Source of the DNA: Butyricicoccus sp.
GTDB lineage: Bacteria; Bacillota; Clostridia; Oscillospirales; Butyricicoccaceae
Length of the DNA stretch: 64,000 bases
Assembly (NCBI GenBank): GCA_963931655.1
Contig: OZ007036.1
Coordinates: forward strand, 319,783 to 383,782
Direction of reading: 5' to 3'
This document shows, piece by piece, positions 11,180 through 22,096 of this stretch. The notes beneath the pieces were generated by a model that ran no database searches, was not told the DNA's origin, and saw nothing but the letters and a program-made list of their open reading frames with translations. The stretch's first letter is position 1. Every line of letters begins with the position of its first letter. The translations under genes were made by a program, and so were the position numbers.

Positions 11180-11656
11180 TTATTTTTTATTATCATTTAG
11201 TAAAACTGAAAATTCAAGAATTAGCAAAATACCTTCATTATAATTGTTTACATAATATAGCTCGCAGCAGTATTGTGTATGTTCATTTAAAATATGACTT
11301 CCATTTTGAAAAACTGGAATGTCAAATTTAGTAGGTTTATGGACAAGAGAAAATACTTTATTAACTAATCGTCCACAAATTACATTTAAGTATTCTATAG
11401 ATGCATCTTCAATATCTTGTTTAGAAACATTTTCATTTTGAAAAATTTCTTGTGTTAATCGAAGAAGAAATGATTTATCCGCCAATAATGAAAGAGTCGC
11501 TTTACAATTACCTTGAAAAGATGTATTTATGGTGCAAACATCTTGAGAAAGAGAACCAACATCACTTTTGATTTTAATATTTGCCATTTGCTCAGTGGTA
11601 TTAAACATTATGCCATTTAAAATTTCTTGCATTTCTTTATCACTCAATGAATTCAA
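11180..11656 (-). CDS. CheX-like chemotaxis phosphatase
   Basis: DASIEYLNVICGRL matches the CheC/CheX E-x-x-N motif, followed by FDIP. Confidence 0.7.
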   Translation of the reverse strand: MNSLSDKEMQEILNGIMFNTTEQMANIKIKSDVGSLSQDVCTINTSFQGNCKATLSLLADKSFLLRLTQEIFQNENVSKQDIEDASIEYLNVICGRLVNKVFSLVHKPTKFDIPVFQNGSHILNEHTQYCCELYYVNNYNEGILLILEFSVLLNDNKK

Positions 11657-11675
11657 GATAAATCACCTCTAATTA

Positions 11676-13409
11676 TTAAATGAAATTTATTTTTCCATCG
11701 TCTCTTAAACCTATCGTACAGTTAGTTTTTTCATCTTCTATATTAAATGACATTTTATCTATTGTGATAATTGCACCAGAATATATTTTTTCACAAGTGA
11801 GTGTACATGAGTTATCTAAACACATACTTTCAACATACTTATCAAATTCCTTTTGAATTTTATCTAGCTTCATTTTTGCTACACATTGACTAAGGCGAAG
11901 TTTAGCCAAAGTTTCGTCATTAGTGGGGGACTTTGGTCTGGCGGAAACTATCTGTATTTTTTTGGTGATTTCATTTAATTCAGCTTGTATATTTTCTATA
12001 TCTACCTCATCACAAGGAATACCACCCAAGATAATATTTATTTGTTGTTCTGCTTTAGAGCCAACTATTTTAGCTGAAATTTCTTTAGAACTACGAATTG
12101 TACCACAAGTAATTACACCTAATCCAGTTCGTGCTGTTACTGTACCATTGCTATAAATATTGCAATCAATTATACAATCTGCTTGCACAACATCTTGAGC
12201 GTAAGCAGTACAATGTTCAAGATATTTAGCATATATACCTTTATGTGCTCGAATAGTAGCATTATATTGTCCTTGAACACCGCCTAAAGCTATAATATTC
12301 TCACCAGCTTCTATATTACATGCTTCAACAACACCATCAACTTGAACATCACCAGTTGCACGTATTGTAACACCAACACAAGCATCACCATGTATATGTA
12401 TATCGCCTAAAAAATTAATATCATGTTGTTCATCACTTGATTTGATACCATTAAAAATTTCTAAAATTGGTTTAACTTGAAAATTTCCGCCAGAATAATC
12501 GACATTTCCTGTTTTTTCTGCAATAAGATATCGTCCATCTTTTGATAATCCTGTATTACGACCTTTTGGAATGTTTGCAGCCTGTCCATCTTTAGGAGGA
12601 GGGAGAAGTAAATCTCTTGTGACAGTTATTCCTGATATACCCAATGTTGGAGGAATAATTTCACATATTACACCACCTTTTTGAATTTTTCTATTTAAAT
12701 TAAGTCGTGCATAATCAACATGACTTAGTTCTGCTTTCTCCATATGAGTATAAACGTCACGAGAGTATAATTCTACAATATGACCGTCTTCACCATCAAT
12801 AGGAGGCTTGCCACAGGCTATTAAAAATAAACAAAAGTATCGTTTTTTATCATTTGGCAGTGAATAGAGAAAGTCAAAATCAATGCCAAAGCTAACACCA
12901 CGGTCTATAAGAATTTGAAGAATTTGAGAATTAGTCAATGTTTTACCTTTTCCAATAGGAGGAAAAATAGATATCCAAGCAAGCATTTTATCACTAGATA
13001 CATGTATAAATATTTCTTCATCTAAGTCTTGCAAACTTTGTTGAGTTTTATCTAGGAAAGCATGGTTTATTCTTCTTGTAGAAAATATGTGTAGCATTTT
13101 TAAAATTTTTTCTGCTTCAGATTTGTTGTTGTAAATAGAAGCAATTTCAAAATTTTTAGGGCTTGATAGCATATTTACAAGAAATGAATTTTGGTTTTTA
13201 ATGTTATTATATAATGTATAAATGATATTTAATGGGTTCTCAGAAGGAACAACAATACTAGATACAGTTTGTGTTAAACTATCTGTATTTTTTTTATCAT
13301 CAGTTATGTTATCAGTTTTAAGTTGGTTAGAATTGTCTGAAGAATTTGGGACATTTTGCAAATTATCATTTTTATTATTTCTTGAAAATAGTTTTTCCCA
13401 TCTAGCCAT
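11676..13409 (-). CDS. DUF342/FapA family protein
   Basis: IACGKPPIDGEDG, INFLGDIHIHGD, IRATGDVQVDGVVEACNIEAG beta-helix-like repeats. Confidence 0.8.
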   Translation of the reverse strand: MARWEKLFSRNNKNDNLQNVPNSSDNSNQLKTDNITDDKKNTDSLTQTVSSIVVPSENPLNIIYTLYNNIKNQNSFLVNMLSSPKNFEIASIYNNKSEAEKILKMLHIFSTRRINHAFLDKTQQSLQDLDEEIFIHVSSDKMLAWISIFPPIGKGKTLTNSQILQILIDRGVSFGIDFDFLYSLPNDKKRYFCLFLIACGKPPIDGEDGHIVELYSRDVYTHMEKAELSHVDYARLNLNRKIQKGGVICEIIPPTLGISGITVTRDLLLPPPKDGQAANIPKGRNTGLSKDGRYLIAEKTGNVDYSGGNFQVKPILEIFNGIKSSDEQHDINFLGDIHIHGDACVGVTIRATGDVQVDGVVEACNIEAGENIIALGGVQGQYNATIRAHKGIYAKYLEHCTAYAQDVVQADCIIDCNIYSNGTVTARTGLGVITCGTIRSSKEISAKIVGSKAEQQINIILGGIPCDEVDIENIQAELNEITKKIQIVSARPKSPTNDETLAKLRLSQCVAKMKLDKIQKEFDKYVESMCLDNSCTLTCEKIYSGAIITIDKMSFNIEDEKTNCTIGLRDDGKINFI

Positions 13410-13551
13410 TAATATCTCAGTCCCTTCCCACTTGAGATTTATAAAATTAATGTTATTTATGTTTTAATTATAAGAAAAAATAGTTAGAAATACAATAAAT
13501 TTTTAAAATAATTTTAAAAAAATTTTTATTATGAAAAAAATTTTTAAAAGT

Positions 13552-13641
13552 GTTGACATATGCTAACTAAGATGGTATAGTAAACACATCAGTTAGCTAG
13601 CGCTAACTGAATAAAATATCAAACAGTTAGCTTTAGTTAAC
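13552..13641 (+). promoter_or_regulatory. Sigma-A promoter with three GTTAG-N6-CTAAC operators (DtxR/MntR-like)
   Basis: TTGACA(13553)-17bp-TATAGT. Operators: GTTGA-CATATG-CTAAC (13552-13567, over -35), tcaGTTAG-CTAGCG-CTAACtga (13589-13610), GTTAG-CTTTAG-TTAAC (13626-13641). Confidence 0.7.
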
Positions 13642-13654
13642 GAAAGGAGGACAT

Positions 13655-14236
13655 ATGTTTAGTATTTCTCTTTTTGAGCAGGAGCTTGTACATCATTGTT
13701 CCCCTGCTTTTGCTAAATTAAAACCTGCAAATCTAGTTTGTTTTCAAAAACAAAAGTTTCCAAACTTTAATGAAGATTATAAAAAATATAAAAAAGAGCT
13801 TAAAAAATTTGGAATAGAAATTGAGGAGCTTTGTTCATGTGAAAAACGTCATCTTGTGCTTGTTTATCAAAAAGATGCATTGGAACATCAGCTAAAAAGA
13901 CCAGAGATTTTAAAACAGCTAATACGCTATGGTTATCCAGATGGCAATTTAAACACACAGCTTAAAATTTTAAGTGAGCGTTTAGTTAAGACAAATGGTT
14001 TTCCTCATGAAATAGGATTGTTTTTAGGTTATCCGCTTAGAGATGTGCTTGCATTTGAACATTACAAGGGTGAAGGTGCAAAACTTTGCGGTTACTGGAA
14101 AGTGTATTTTGATGTGGAAAATGCAAAGAAGACATTTGATATTTTTGATAAATGCAGAGATAAATTTGAAGAAAGACTATTTGCAGGAAAAACATTAGCT
14201 CAGTTGCTGGAAATGCAATTAATGCGTACAGCTTGA
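13655..14236 (+). CDS. DUF3793 family protein
   Basis: HCSPAFAKLKPANL, FPHEIGLFLGYP, CGYWKVY; typical pairing with flavodoxin. Confidence 0.85.
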   Translation: MFSISLFEQELVHHCSPAFAKLKPANLVCFQKQKFPNFNEDYKKYKKELKKFGIEIEELCSCEKRHLVLVYQKDALEHQLKRPEILKQLIRYGYPDGNLNTQLKILSERLVKTNGFPHEIGLFLGYPLRDVLAFEHYKGEGAKLCGYWKVYFDVENAKKTFDIFDKCRDKFEERLFAGKTLAQLLEMQLMRTA

Positions 14237-14276
14237 GAATATAAAATTATAACTCTTAATTTGGAGGTAAGATATT

Positions 14277-14705
14277 ATGAATAAGGTAGCAGTTATTTAT
14301 TGGTCTGGTACAGGAAACACAGAAGCTATGGCAAATGCTATTGCAGATGGTGCAAAAGAAGCAGGTGCAGAGGTTAGCCTAATGAGCGTATCAGAAACAA
14401 ATGCAAGTGATGCTGCAAAGTTTGATAGATTAGCACTTGGTTGTCCTGCAATGGGTGCAGAAGTGCTTGAAGAAATGGAATTTGAACCATTTTTCACAGA
14501 ACTAGAGTCCAATTTAACTGGTAAGAAAGTTGCACTTTTCGGCTCTTATGGCTGGGGAGATGGTCAATGGATACATGACTGGCAGGAACGTACTGATAAT
14601 GCTGGTGCATATATTGTAAATGGTGAGGGTTTAAAGGTACATGAAACCCCAACTGATGAAGATTTAGATGCATGTAAGGCATTAGGTAAGGCACTTGCTA
14701 ACTAA
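14277..14705 (+). CDS. Short-chain flavodoxin
   Basis: YWSGTGNTEAMA, LGCPAMG, ALFGSYGWG. Confidence 0.95.
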   Translation: MNKVAVIYWSGTGNTEAMANAIADGAKEAGAEVSLMSVSETNASDAAKFDRLALGCPAMGAEVLEEMEFEPFFTELESNLTGKKVALFGSYGWGDGQWIHDWQERTDNAGAYIVNGEGLKVHETPTDEDLDACKALGKALAN

Positions 14706-14771
14706 ATTAACACATATCGTTCCCATAAGCTTTTGAGCATACGGGTACTTCATTCCTCATTATCTTGTGGT

Positions 14772-14801
14772 AAAAGGCGTAGTCTAATGGCTACGTCTTT
14801 T
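14772..14801 (+). terminator. Rho-independent terminator
   Basis: aaaaggcgtagtc-taat-ggctacgtctttt hairpin after flavodoxin. Confidence 0.7.
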
Positions 14802-14865
14802 GCTATTGTGCTTAAAGCTTGGTTTATGATATACTTATTTAAATAGTAAAATGTAAGGCAGGAAG

Positions 14866-17502
14866 GTGAGAAAAATGAAAATCATGGTAATAGACGGCAA
14901 CAGCATACTTAATAGAGCATTTTATGGTGTGCGTTTGCTTACAAATCATGAAGGATTTTATACTAATGCAATATATGGATTTTTATCTACTCTCTTTAAA
15001 TTACAAGATGAAGAAATGCCAGAACATACTATTGTGTGTTTTGATGTAAAAGAAAAAACATTTAGACACAATAAATTTGAAAGCTACAAGGCAACTAGAA
15101 AGGGTATGCCAGATGAGCTTGCAATGCAGCTTCCTGTTATGAAAGATATATTAGATAAACTAGGCATAACAACATGTGAAAAAGCAGGTTATGAAGCTGA
15201 TGATTTAATCGGCACAATTTCACGCATAGTTAGTGAAAGCTCAAATGAATGTGTTATAGTAACAGGTGATAAAGATAGTTTACAACTTATAGGCAATGGC
15301 ACAAGTGTTAGACTTGTCACAACTAAAATGGGACAAAGCACCACAACTAAATATGATGAACAAACTTTTGAAGAAGAATATGGTTTTAAACCTAATCAAA
15401 TTATAGATTTAAAAGCACTTATGGGCGATACATCGGATAATATTTCAGGTGTTGCAGGAATTGGCAAAAAAATAGCAAATGACCTTATAAAGCTCTTTGG
15501 AAGTTTGGAAAATATATATAAAAATATAGATAGTGAGCAAATTAAAAAAGGTGTTCGTGATAAGTTAATACTTGGTGAACAAAGTGCAAAAGATAGTTAT
15601 TGGCTTGCAACTATTGATAGAAATGCACCTCTTGATATAGACCCTCTAAATTTACCAGATGAATTTATTGATGAAACTGCACTTCTTGAGATTTTTAATA
15701 AATTAGAGCTTAAAACATTTATAAATAGGTTGGGTTTGGTTTCAGATAATGTATTTGAGCAAAAAGAAATTGAAATTTTAAATATTACAGATTTTGATGA
15801 TATAAAAAAATTAGAGCCTCAAAATACTTCACAGCCTATTTTTGTGCATGTAAATAAAGTACAATCAGCGGTTTGTGTGCATGTAGAAGACAAATATTAT
15901 ATTATTAAGGCTCATCAGTTTACAGAAGATGAATGGTTTGAAATTTTACGTCGAATATTTAAGCTAAATGTTATTATGCACGATGCAAAAGAGCAGATTG
16001 TAAACCTTATGAACCTTGGAATAAATACAGATGGTATAAAATTTGACACATGTTTAGCAGCATATTTATTAAATCCGGCTGAAGGTTCATATGATTTACA
16101 GCGTGTTGCACTTGCTTATTGTCAAATTGAGCTTAAAGAACCAGAATTTGATAATGAAGATGCATTTTTAGGCTTAATTGATAACGAAGATATGTCAAAA
16201 CAAATGGCTAAATGGACACAAGCAATAGAATGTATTTATAATGAAATTATGCCAAAATTAAAGGCACAGCCTGAAATTGAAAAGCTTTATTATGAATTAG
16301 AGTTTCCACTAATGACAGTGCTTGCTGATATGCAAAAAATAGGTTGTAAGGTAGACGCTAATTTATTGCGTGAGTTTGGTGTAAATCTTGATAAGCGTAT
16401 AGAGCTTTTGACAAATGAAATATATGATTATGCAGATGGAGAATTTAAAATAAATTCACCAAAGCAGCTTGGAGAAATATTATTTGATAAACTTGGTTTA
16501 CCCGCTCAGAAAAAGACAAAAAGTGGTTATTCTACAAGTGCAGAGGTATTGGAAGCTATTTCTGGATATCACCCAATAGTTAATGCAGTTTTGGAATATA
16601 GACAGCTTACAAAATTAAAAAGCACATATGTAGATGGCTTATTAAAAGTTATAAGTAAATCTGATGGCAGAATACACTCACATTTTCAGCAAACAGCAAC
16701 ATCAACGGGTAGACTTTCTTCAGTAGACCCTAATTTGCAAAACATACCTGTTCGCACAGAACTAGGTAGAGAGCTTAGAAAAATGTTTGTTGCACAAGAT
16801 GAAAACCATGTGCTTATTGACGCAGATTATTCGCAGATTGAGCTTAGAGTGCTTGCACATATTGCACAAGATGAGGCTATGCTAGAAGCGTTTAGAAATG
16901 GTAAAGATATTCATGCAGCTACAGCAGCTAAAGTTTATGGAGTTAATATTGAAGATGTAACAAGCCAAATGAGGTCAAGCTGTAAGGCAGTTAATTTTGG
17001 CATTGTTTATGGTATTTCTGATTTTGCACTTGCTGGCGATTTAGGAATAAGCCGCAAACAAGCAGGCGAATTTATAAAAAGTTATCTTGAAACATATACT
17101 GGTGTTGATAAATATATGAATGATATTAAGGTTAGTGCAAGAGAAAAGGGATATGTGGAAACATTATTTGGTAGAAGAAGATATTTACCAGAGCTTTCAA
17201 GTAAGAGTTTTCCTATAAGAGCATTTGGTGAACGAATAGCAATGAACACACCAATTCAAGGTACAGCAGCAGATATAATAAAAATTGCAATGCTTAGAGT
17301 TTGGAAGCGTTTAAAAATAGAGGGATATAAAACAAAGCTTATTTTACAAGTGCATGACGAACTTATTTTAGAAGCACCGCTTGATGAGCGTGAAAAAGTT
17401 ACAAGTTTACTAACCGAAGAAATGGAAAATGCGATAAAAATGGACGTACCACTTGTAGCAGAAGCACATTTTGGGCATGATTGGTATACAGCTAAGGGGT
17501 AA
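14866..17502 (+). CDS. polA: DNA polymerase I
   Basis: 5'-3' exonuclease (IDGNSILNRAFY, YEADD) and polymerase motifs DYSQIELRVLAH, KAVNFGIVYG, LQVHDEL. Confidence 0.98.
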   Translation: MRKMKIMVIDGNSILNRAFYGVRLLTNHEGFYTNAIYGFLSTLFKLQDEEMPEHTIVCFDVKEKTFRHNKFESYKATRKGMPDELAMQLPVMKDILDKLGITTCEKAGYEADDLIGTISRIVSESSNECVIVTGDKDSLQLIGNGTSVRLVTTKMGQSTTTKYDEQTFEEEYGFKPNQIIDLKALMGDTSDNISGVAGIGKKIANDLIKLFGSLENIYKNIDSEQIKKGVRDKLILGEQSAKDSYWLATIDRNAPLDIDPLNLPDEFIDETALLEIFNKLELKTFINRLGLVSDNVFEQKEIEILNITDFDDIKKLEPQNTSQPIFVHVNKVQSAVCVHVEDKYYIIKAHQFTEDEWFEILRRIFKLNVIMHDAKEQIVNLMNLGINTDGIKFDTCLAAYLLNPAEGSYDLQRVALAYCQIELKEPEFDNEDAFLGLIDNEDMSKQMAKWTQAIECIYNEIMPKLKAQPEIEKLYYELEFPLMTVLADMQKIGCKVDANLLREFGVNLDKRIELLTNEIYDYADGEFKINSPKQLGEILFDKLGLPAQKKTKSGYSTSAEVLEAISGYHPIVNAVLEYRQLTKLKSTYVDGLLKVISKSDGRIHSHFQQTATSTGRLSSVDPNLQNIPVRTELGRELRKMFVAQDENHVLIDADYSQIELRVLAHIAQDEAMLEAFRNGKDIHAATAAKVYGVNIEDVTSQMRSSCKAVNFGIVYGISDFALAGDLGISRKQAGEFIKSYLETYTGVDKYMNDIKVSAREKGYVETLFGRRRYLPELSSKSFPIRAFGERIAMNTPIQGTAADIIKIAMLRVWKRLKIEGYKTKLILQVHDELILEAPLDEREKVTSLLTEEMENAIKMDVPLVAEAHFGHDWYTAKG

Positions 17503-17508
17503 TATAAT

Positions 17509-18489
17509 ATGAAACTTGGTATTTTAGGAACTGGCATGATTGCAAAAGAGGTTTTACAGTTTGTTAATCAGCTTGAAATTGAAAGTATTTATATTTTAAG
17601 CACGCAAAAAAGTATAGAAAAAGCCAAAGAATTAGCTGAAAAATATAATATTTCAAAATGCTTTACAGATTATAATGATATGCTTGCAAGCGATGTTGAG
17701 GTTTTATATATTGCACTTCCAAATCATTTACACTATGAGTTTGCAAAAAAAGCGTTAGAAAATGGTAAGCATGTTATATTAGAAAAACCATCTACATCTA
17801 ATTTTGCTCAGCTTGATGAACTTATAACTCTTGCGGAAAATAATAATGTATATTTGCTTGAAGCTGTAAACTTATATCATTTACCTGCATATAAAGCATT
17901 AAAAAATGATTTAGATAAAATAGGAAAAATTAAGATTGTAAGTTTAAATTATAGTCAATATTCTTCACGTTATAATGCATTTAAACAAGGTAATATACTG
18001 CCAGTTTTTGATTATAAAAAATCTGGTGGTGCATTAATGGATATTAATGTTTATAATATTCATGCTAGTTTAGGGCTTTTTGGAGAGCCTAAAAATGCCG
18101 AGTATTTCCCTAATATACAAAAAGGCATTGATACAAGTGGAATTTTAATAATGAATTATAATGATTTTCAAGCGGTTTGTATAGGCTCAAAGGATTGTAA
18201 TGCACAAGCGGTTTGCAGTATACAAGGTGAGCTTGGCACAATTAGCTTTATAGGTTCACCAAGTACACTTACAGAATATAAAATAACATTAAATAATGGA
18301 ATAGAACAAACTTATGCTATAAAAAAACCAGAGCATAGACTTATTTATGAGTTTAGGGAGTTTATAAGAATAATAAATGAAAAAGATGATATTTCATATA
18401 ATAATCTTTTGAAAAACAGCATATCATCAGCTAAAATTATAGAAAGTGCAAGAAAAAAAGCGGGAATATATTTTGCTGATGAAAGATAA
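17509..18489 (+). CDS. Gfo/Idh/MocA oxidoreductase
   Basis: GILGTGMIA, HVILEKP, GGALMDINVY. Confidence 0.9.
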   Translation: MKLGILGTGMIAKEVLQFVNQLEIESIYILSTQKSIEKAKELAEKYNISKCFTDYNDMLASDVEVLYIALPNHLHYEFAKKALENGKHVILEKPSTSNFAQLDELITLAENNNVYLLEAVNLYHLPAYKALKNDLDKIGKIKIVSLNYSQYSSRYNAFKQGNILPVFDYKKSGGALMDINVYNIHASLGLFGEPKNAEYFPNIQKGIDTSGILIMNYNDFQAVCIGSKDCNAQAVCSIQGELGTISFIGSPSTLTEYKITLNNGIEQTYAIKKPEHRLIYEFREFIRIINEKDDISYNNLLKNSISSAKIIESARKKAGIYFADER

Positions 18490-18493
18490 AAAT

Positions 18494-18523
18494 AAAACCT
18501 GTCTAAGTTTTTAGGCAGGTTTT
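18494..18523 (+). terminator. Rho-independent terminator
   Basis: aaaacctgtctaa / ttaggcaggtttt hairpin. Confidence 0.7.
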
Positions 18524-18541
18524 AATGTTAAGGGAGATAAT

Positions 18542-19615
18542 TTGAAAATGAATTACATATGTCAAAAATGCGGAAAAGTGGAAACTACCCAAACATACAA
18601 AGCAAATTGTGATTGCTCTGGCTTATGGCAATTAGATTTTATACCTCAAAAATTTGATTTAAAGCTAATTGATAATAAAGAGTGGAATATATTTCGTTAT
18701 AAAGCGTTTATGCCTATAAAGGATTATATAACACTAGGTGAGGGAATGACACCAATTATAAAATTTGACAATTATTTAAACCTTAAAATGGAATATTTTA
18801 TGCCTACACTATCATTTAAGGATAGAGGAGCAGCTGTGCTTATAAGCCATTGCAAAGAAATAGGTGTACAAAAAGTAGTGCAAGATAGTAGCGGGAACGC
18901 TGGAAATAGTATTGCAGCTTATGCGGCAAAGGCAGGCATTGAATGTGAAATTTATGTTCCAAGTGGTACATCACCTAAAAAAATAGATATGATTAAAGCA
19001 CATGGTGCAAAATGTCATATTATAGAAGGTAATAGAGATAATTGTGCAGATGTATGCCGTCAAAGGGTTATAAATGATGGTGTTTACTATGCAAATCACG
19101 TTTATAACCCATATTTTTATGAGGGCACAAAAACATATATATATGAAGTTTATGAACAGCTTGGACGAATACCAGAAAATATTTGGGTTCCAGTCGGAAA
19201 TGGAACTTTAGTGTTTGGTGTTATAAAAGGGCTTGAGCATTTATATAACAGCAAGATAATAGATAAAATACCTCAAATATATTTAGTGCAAAGTGAATTT
19301 TGTGCACCAATATATGATGAATTTAATCATAAAACAAGTGAGATAAAAGAAACTTTAGCAGAAGGCATAGCTATTGGTAAGCCTATGCGTAAAAATGAGA
19401 TATTAAATATAGCTAAAAAATACAATATAAAAATAGTAAAATCTCCAGAAAATAAGATTTTATATGCACGTGATAAACTCGCAAAACAAGGAATATATTG
19501 CGAACATACAACAGCAGCTACATATGCAGCATATTTATCATATATAGAAAAATATGGACAACTTGCGGATAATTTAATATCTATGTGTGGAGCTGGTTTA
19601 AAATCAGACCATTAA
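18542..19615 (+). CDS. Threonine synthase-like PLP enzyme (fold type II)
   Basis: TLGEGMTP, PTLSFKDRG, DSSGNAG, VPVGNG; N-terminal Cys cluster. Confidence 0.85.
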   Translation: MKMNYICQKCGKVETTQTYKANCDCSGLWQLDFIPQKFDLKLIDNKEWNIFRYKAFMPIKDYITLGEGMTPIIKFDNYLNLKMEYFMPTLSFKDRGAAVLISHCKEIGVQKVVQDSSGNAGNSIAAYAAKAGIECEIYVPSGTSPKKIDMIKAHGAKCHIIEGNRDNCADVCRQRVINDGVYYANHVYNPYFYEGTKTYIYEVYEQLGRIPENIWVPVGNGTLVFGVIKGLEHLYNSKIIDKIPQIYLVQSEFCAPIYDEFNHKTSEIKETLAEGIAIGKPMRKNEILNIAKKYNIKIVKSPENKILYARDKLAKQGIYCEHTTAATYAAYLSYIEKYGQLADNLISMCGAGLKSDH

Positions 19616-19730
19616 TGTAAAAGTGATATTTTGTTATATGATTGCATTTTAATGATATATTAGTTATAATGTAAGAGGTTAAATAGGTGATAAATATGAT
19701 AAAATAACGGCGATAAGGGAAGCATGTAAT

Positions 19731-21958
19731 ATGGATTTAAAAAAGAAATTTATAATTTTTATATGTTGTATTTTGTTTTTTGGTATAGACATTGCTCATG
19801 CGTCGAATGGAAAAGTGATTAAAGTTGGTTTTCCAATTCAGCAGGGTATATCATATATTGATGATAATGGTGAATATGCTGGATATATGGTGGATTATTT
19901 AGAACAATTAAGCTTATATACAAACTGGGATTATGAGTTTGTTATGGTTGATGGTGATACAAATACGCAAATTTCAAAGTTATTGAATATGCTTATTAAC
20001 GGAGAAATTGATATGCTTGGCACAATGAACCGTAATGAAGCTATGGAAAACTTATTTTTATATCCCAATTACAGTTATGGTACAACATATACAGCATTAA
20101 CGGTAAAAGAGGACTCACAGGACTGGCTGGAAGAAGACTTCGAGAATTGGGACGGTATAAAAATAGCCACATATTCTGGTCTCTCTGGTCGTATAGAGCA
20201 GTTAGAAAAATATGCCAATCTCAATGATTTTACATATGAGCTAATTGAGTATGAAAGCCTTGATGACTCTTTAAATGCAGTATTAAATGGTGAAGCAGAT
20301 GCAACTTTGCAAGTCGATATTGCTATAAAAGATGGCTTTAGTGCAATAGCCAGATTTTCACCAAATCCATATTATTTTGCTTTATATAAAGAAAACACTG
20401 ATTTACTACAAACATTAAATACTGCACTCTATAATATGGACAGAGCTTATCTTCATTTGCAAGTAGAGCTATATAATGAATATTTTCATTCTTATGGTCA
20501 ATTTGCAATGTCAAATGATGATAAGGAATATATAGAGAGCCTTGGCACAGTTAAAGTTATATTTTGTGATGGAGATGCCCCATTTCAGTATATAAAAGAT
20601 GGTGAAATAAAAGGGCTTGCAGTTTCGTTTTTTGATGAGTTTGCAAAAAAAACAGGTCTTAAATATGAACCTATTATAGTTAATTCATGTGCAGAGATGA
20701 GGTTACAGGGGCATATAATGGCGTTTATTTTAGAACAATTTTAACAGACAAGTGTAATAATCATGTTCCTTTAGCACTTAATGTATTAAATATACGTAAT
20801 TTTAAATATATTAATGAAACATACGGCGTATTAACTGCTGATAAGGTTTTACGTAGAATTAAAGAATGTTTGGATAGTATAAGAGAGGAAAATGAATTTT
20901 TCTGTAGAGAAACAGCCGATATATTCTATTTAGCTTTAAATGAACAATCTGCTGATAAACTTACAAAACGCATACATTCTATATATAAGCTAATACAAGA
21001 AAGCTGTAAAGATATATTAGGAGAATATGTGCTTTCATTATCTTGTGGCACAGTGTTTGTTGAGAAATCTCCAGAACCATATTAAGCTACTGCTAATTTA
21101 AATTATATTATGGTTACACTTGCTGAAACCAAAAAGAAAAAACAAGATGATATTTGTATTTATGATGAGGAACTACATAAAGATGAACAAATTCGTTCTT
21201 ATGTCGAAAATAATATGCAAAAAGCACTAGAACAAGGTGAATTTAAACTGTATTTACAGCCTAAAATTAACTTAGATAATGGAAAGTTAATGGGTGCCGA
21301 AGCATTGGTTAGATGGCAATCAAAAGATAGAGGTATGATTTATCCCGACAAGTTTATTCCTTTGTTTAAAGAAAATGGTTTCTGTGTAAAACTAGACCTT
21401 TACATGGTAGAACAAGCATGTAAACAAATTCGACATTGGATAGATAGTGGATTGCCAGCTATGCATATATCAGTAAATCAAACAAGATTATTATTTACAA
21501 GTGAAAATTATGTAGAAAAACTTCTCGAAATCACAAGTAAATACAAAGTATCACCAAAATATATCACCTTGGAGATATTGGAAAGTATTGCGATTGATAA
21601 TATTGAAAGTATAAACATTTGTATTGATAAATTGCGTTCAAAAGGTTTCCGTATTTCTATGGACGATTTTGGTAGTGGATATTATTCATTAAATACTCTT
21701 GGAAAACTAAAGATAGATGAGTTAAAATTAGACAGGCTGTTTCTTATGGACGTTACAAAAGATAAGGAAGGTGTCCAACGTAAAATTATGGCGTGTATAT
21801 TAGCATTAGCAAAACAGCTAAATATAGACACCGTAGCAGAAGGAGTTGAAACTGAACAAGACGAGGATATGATAACTAAGCTCAGTTGTGATTATGGACA
21901 GGGATATTATTATAGTCGTCCTATATCAGCTAAGGATTTTGAGAAAAACTTCTTATAA
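19731..21958 (+). pseudogene. Disrupted substrate-binding-domain / GGDEF / EAL protein
   Basis: The periplasmic binding domain (19731-~20695) jumps out of frame into the GGDEF start RDEVTGAYN, with no TM between. An in-frame TAA at 21083-21085 separates the degenerate GGDEF (ETADIF) from an intact-looking EAL domain (GAEALVRW, DDFGSGY). Confidence 0.75.
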
Positions 21959-21975
21959 AAAGTAAATATTATGTT

Positions 21976-22007
21976 TTATGACCACAACAAAAAAGTTGTG
22001 GTCATAA
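21976..22007 (+). terminator. Hairpin terminator
   Basis: Perfect 13-bp stem ttatgaccacaac / gttgtggtcataa. Confidence 0.7.
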
Positions 22008-22096
22008 CTAAACTTACCCAAAAAGTAGAAAATTTTTATATATTGTAGTATAATAGCTTTGATATGAAAATTTGGTGAAAGGGGAGTAATGTTACT

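Noticed and set aside
14706-14771. Possible small RNA between flavodoxin and its terminator
   Set aside because: Only a weak hairpin is present and I recognise no family consensus.
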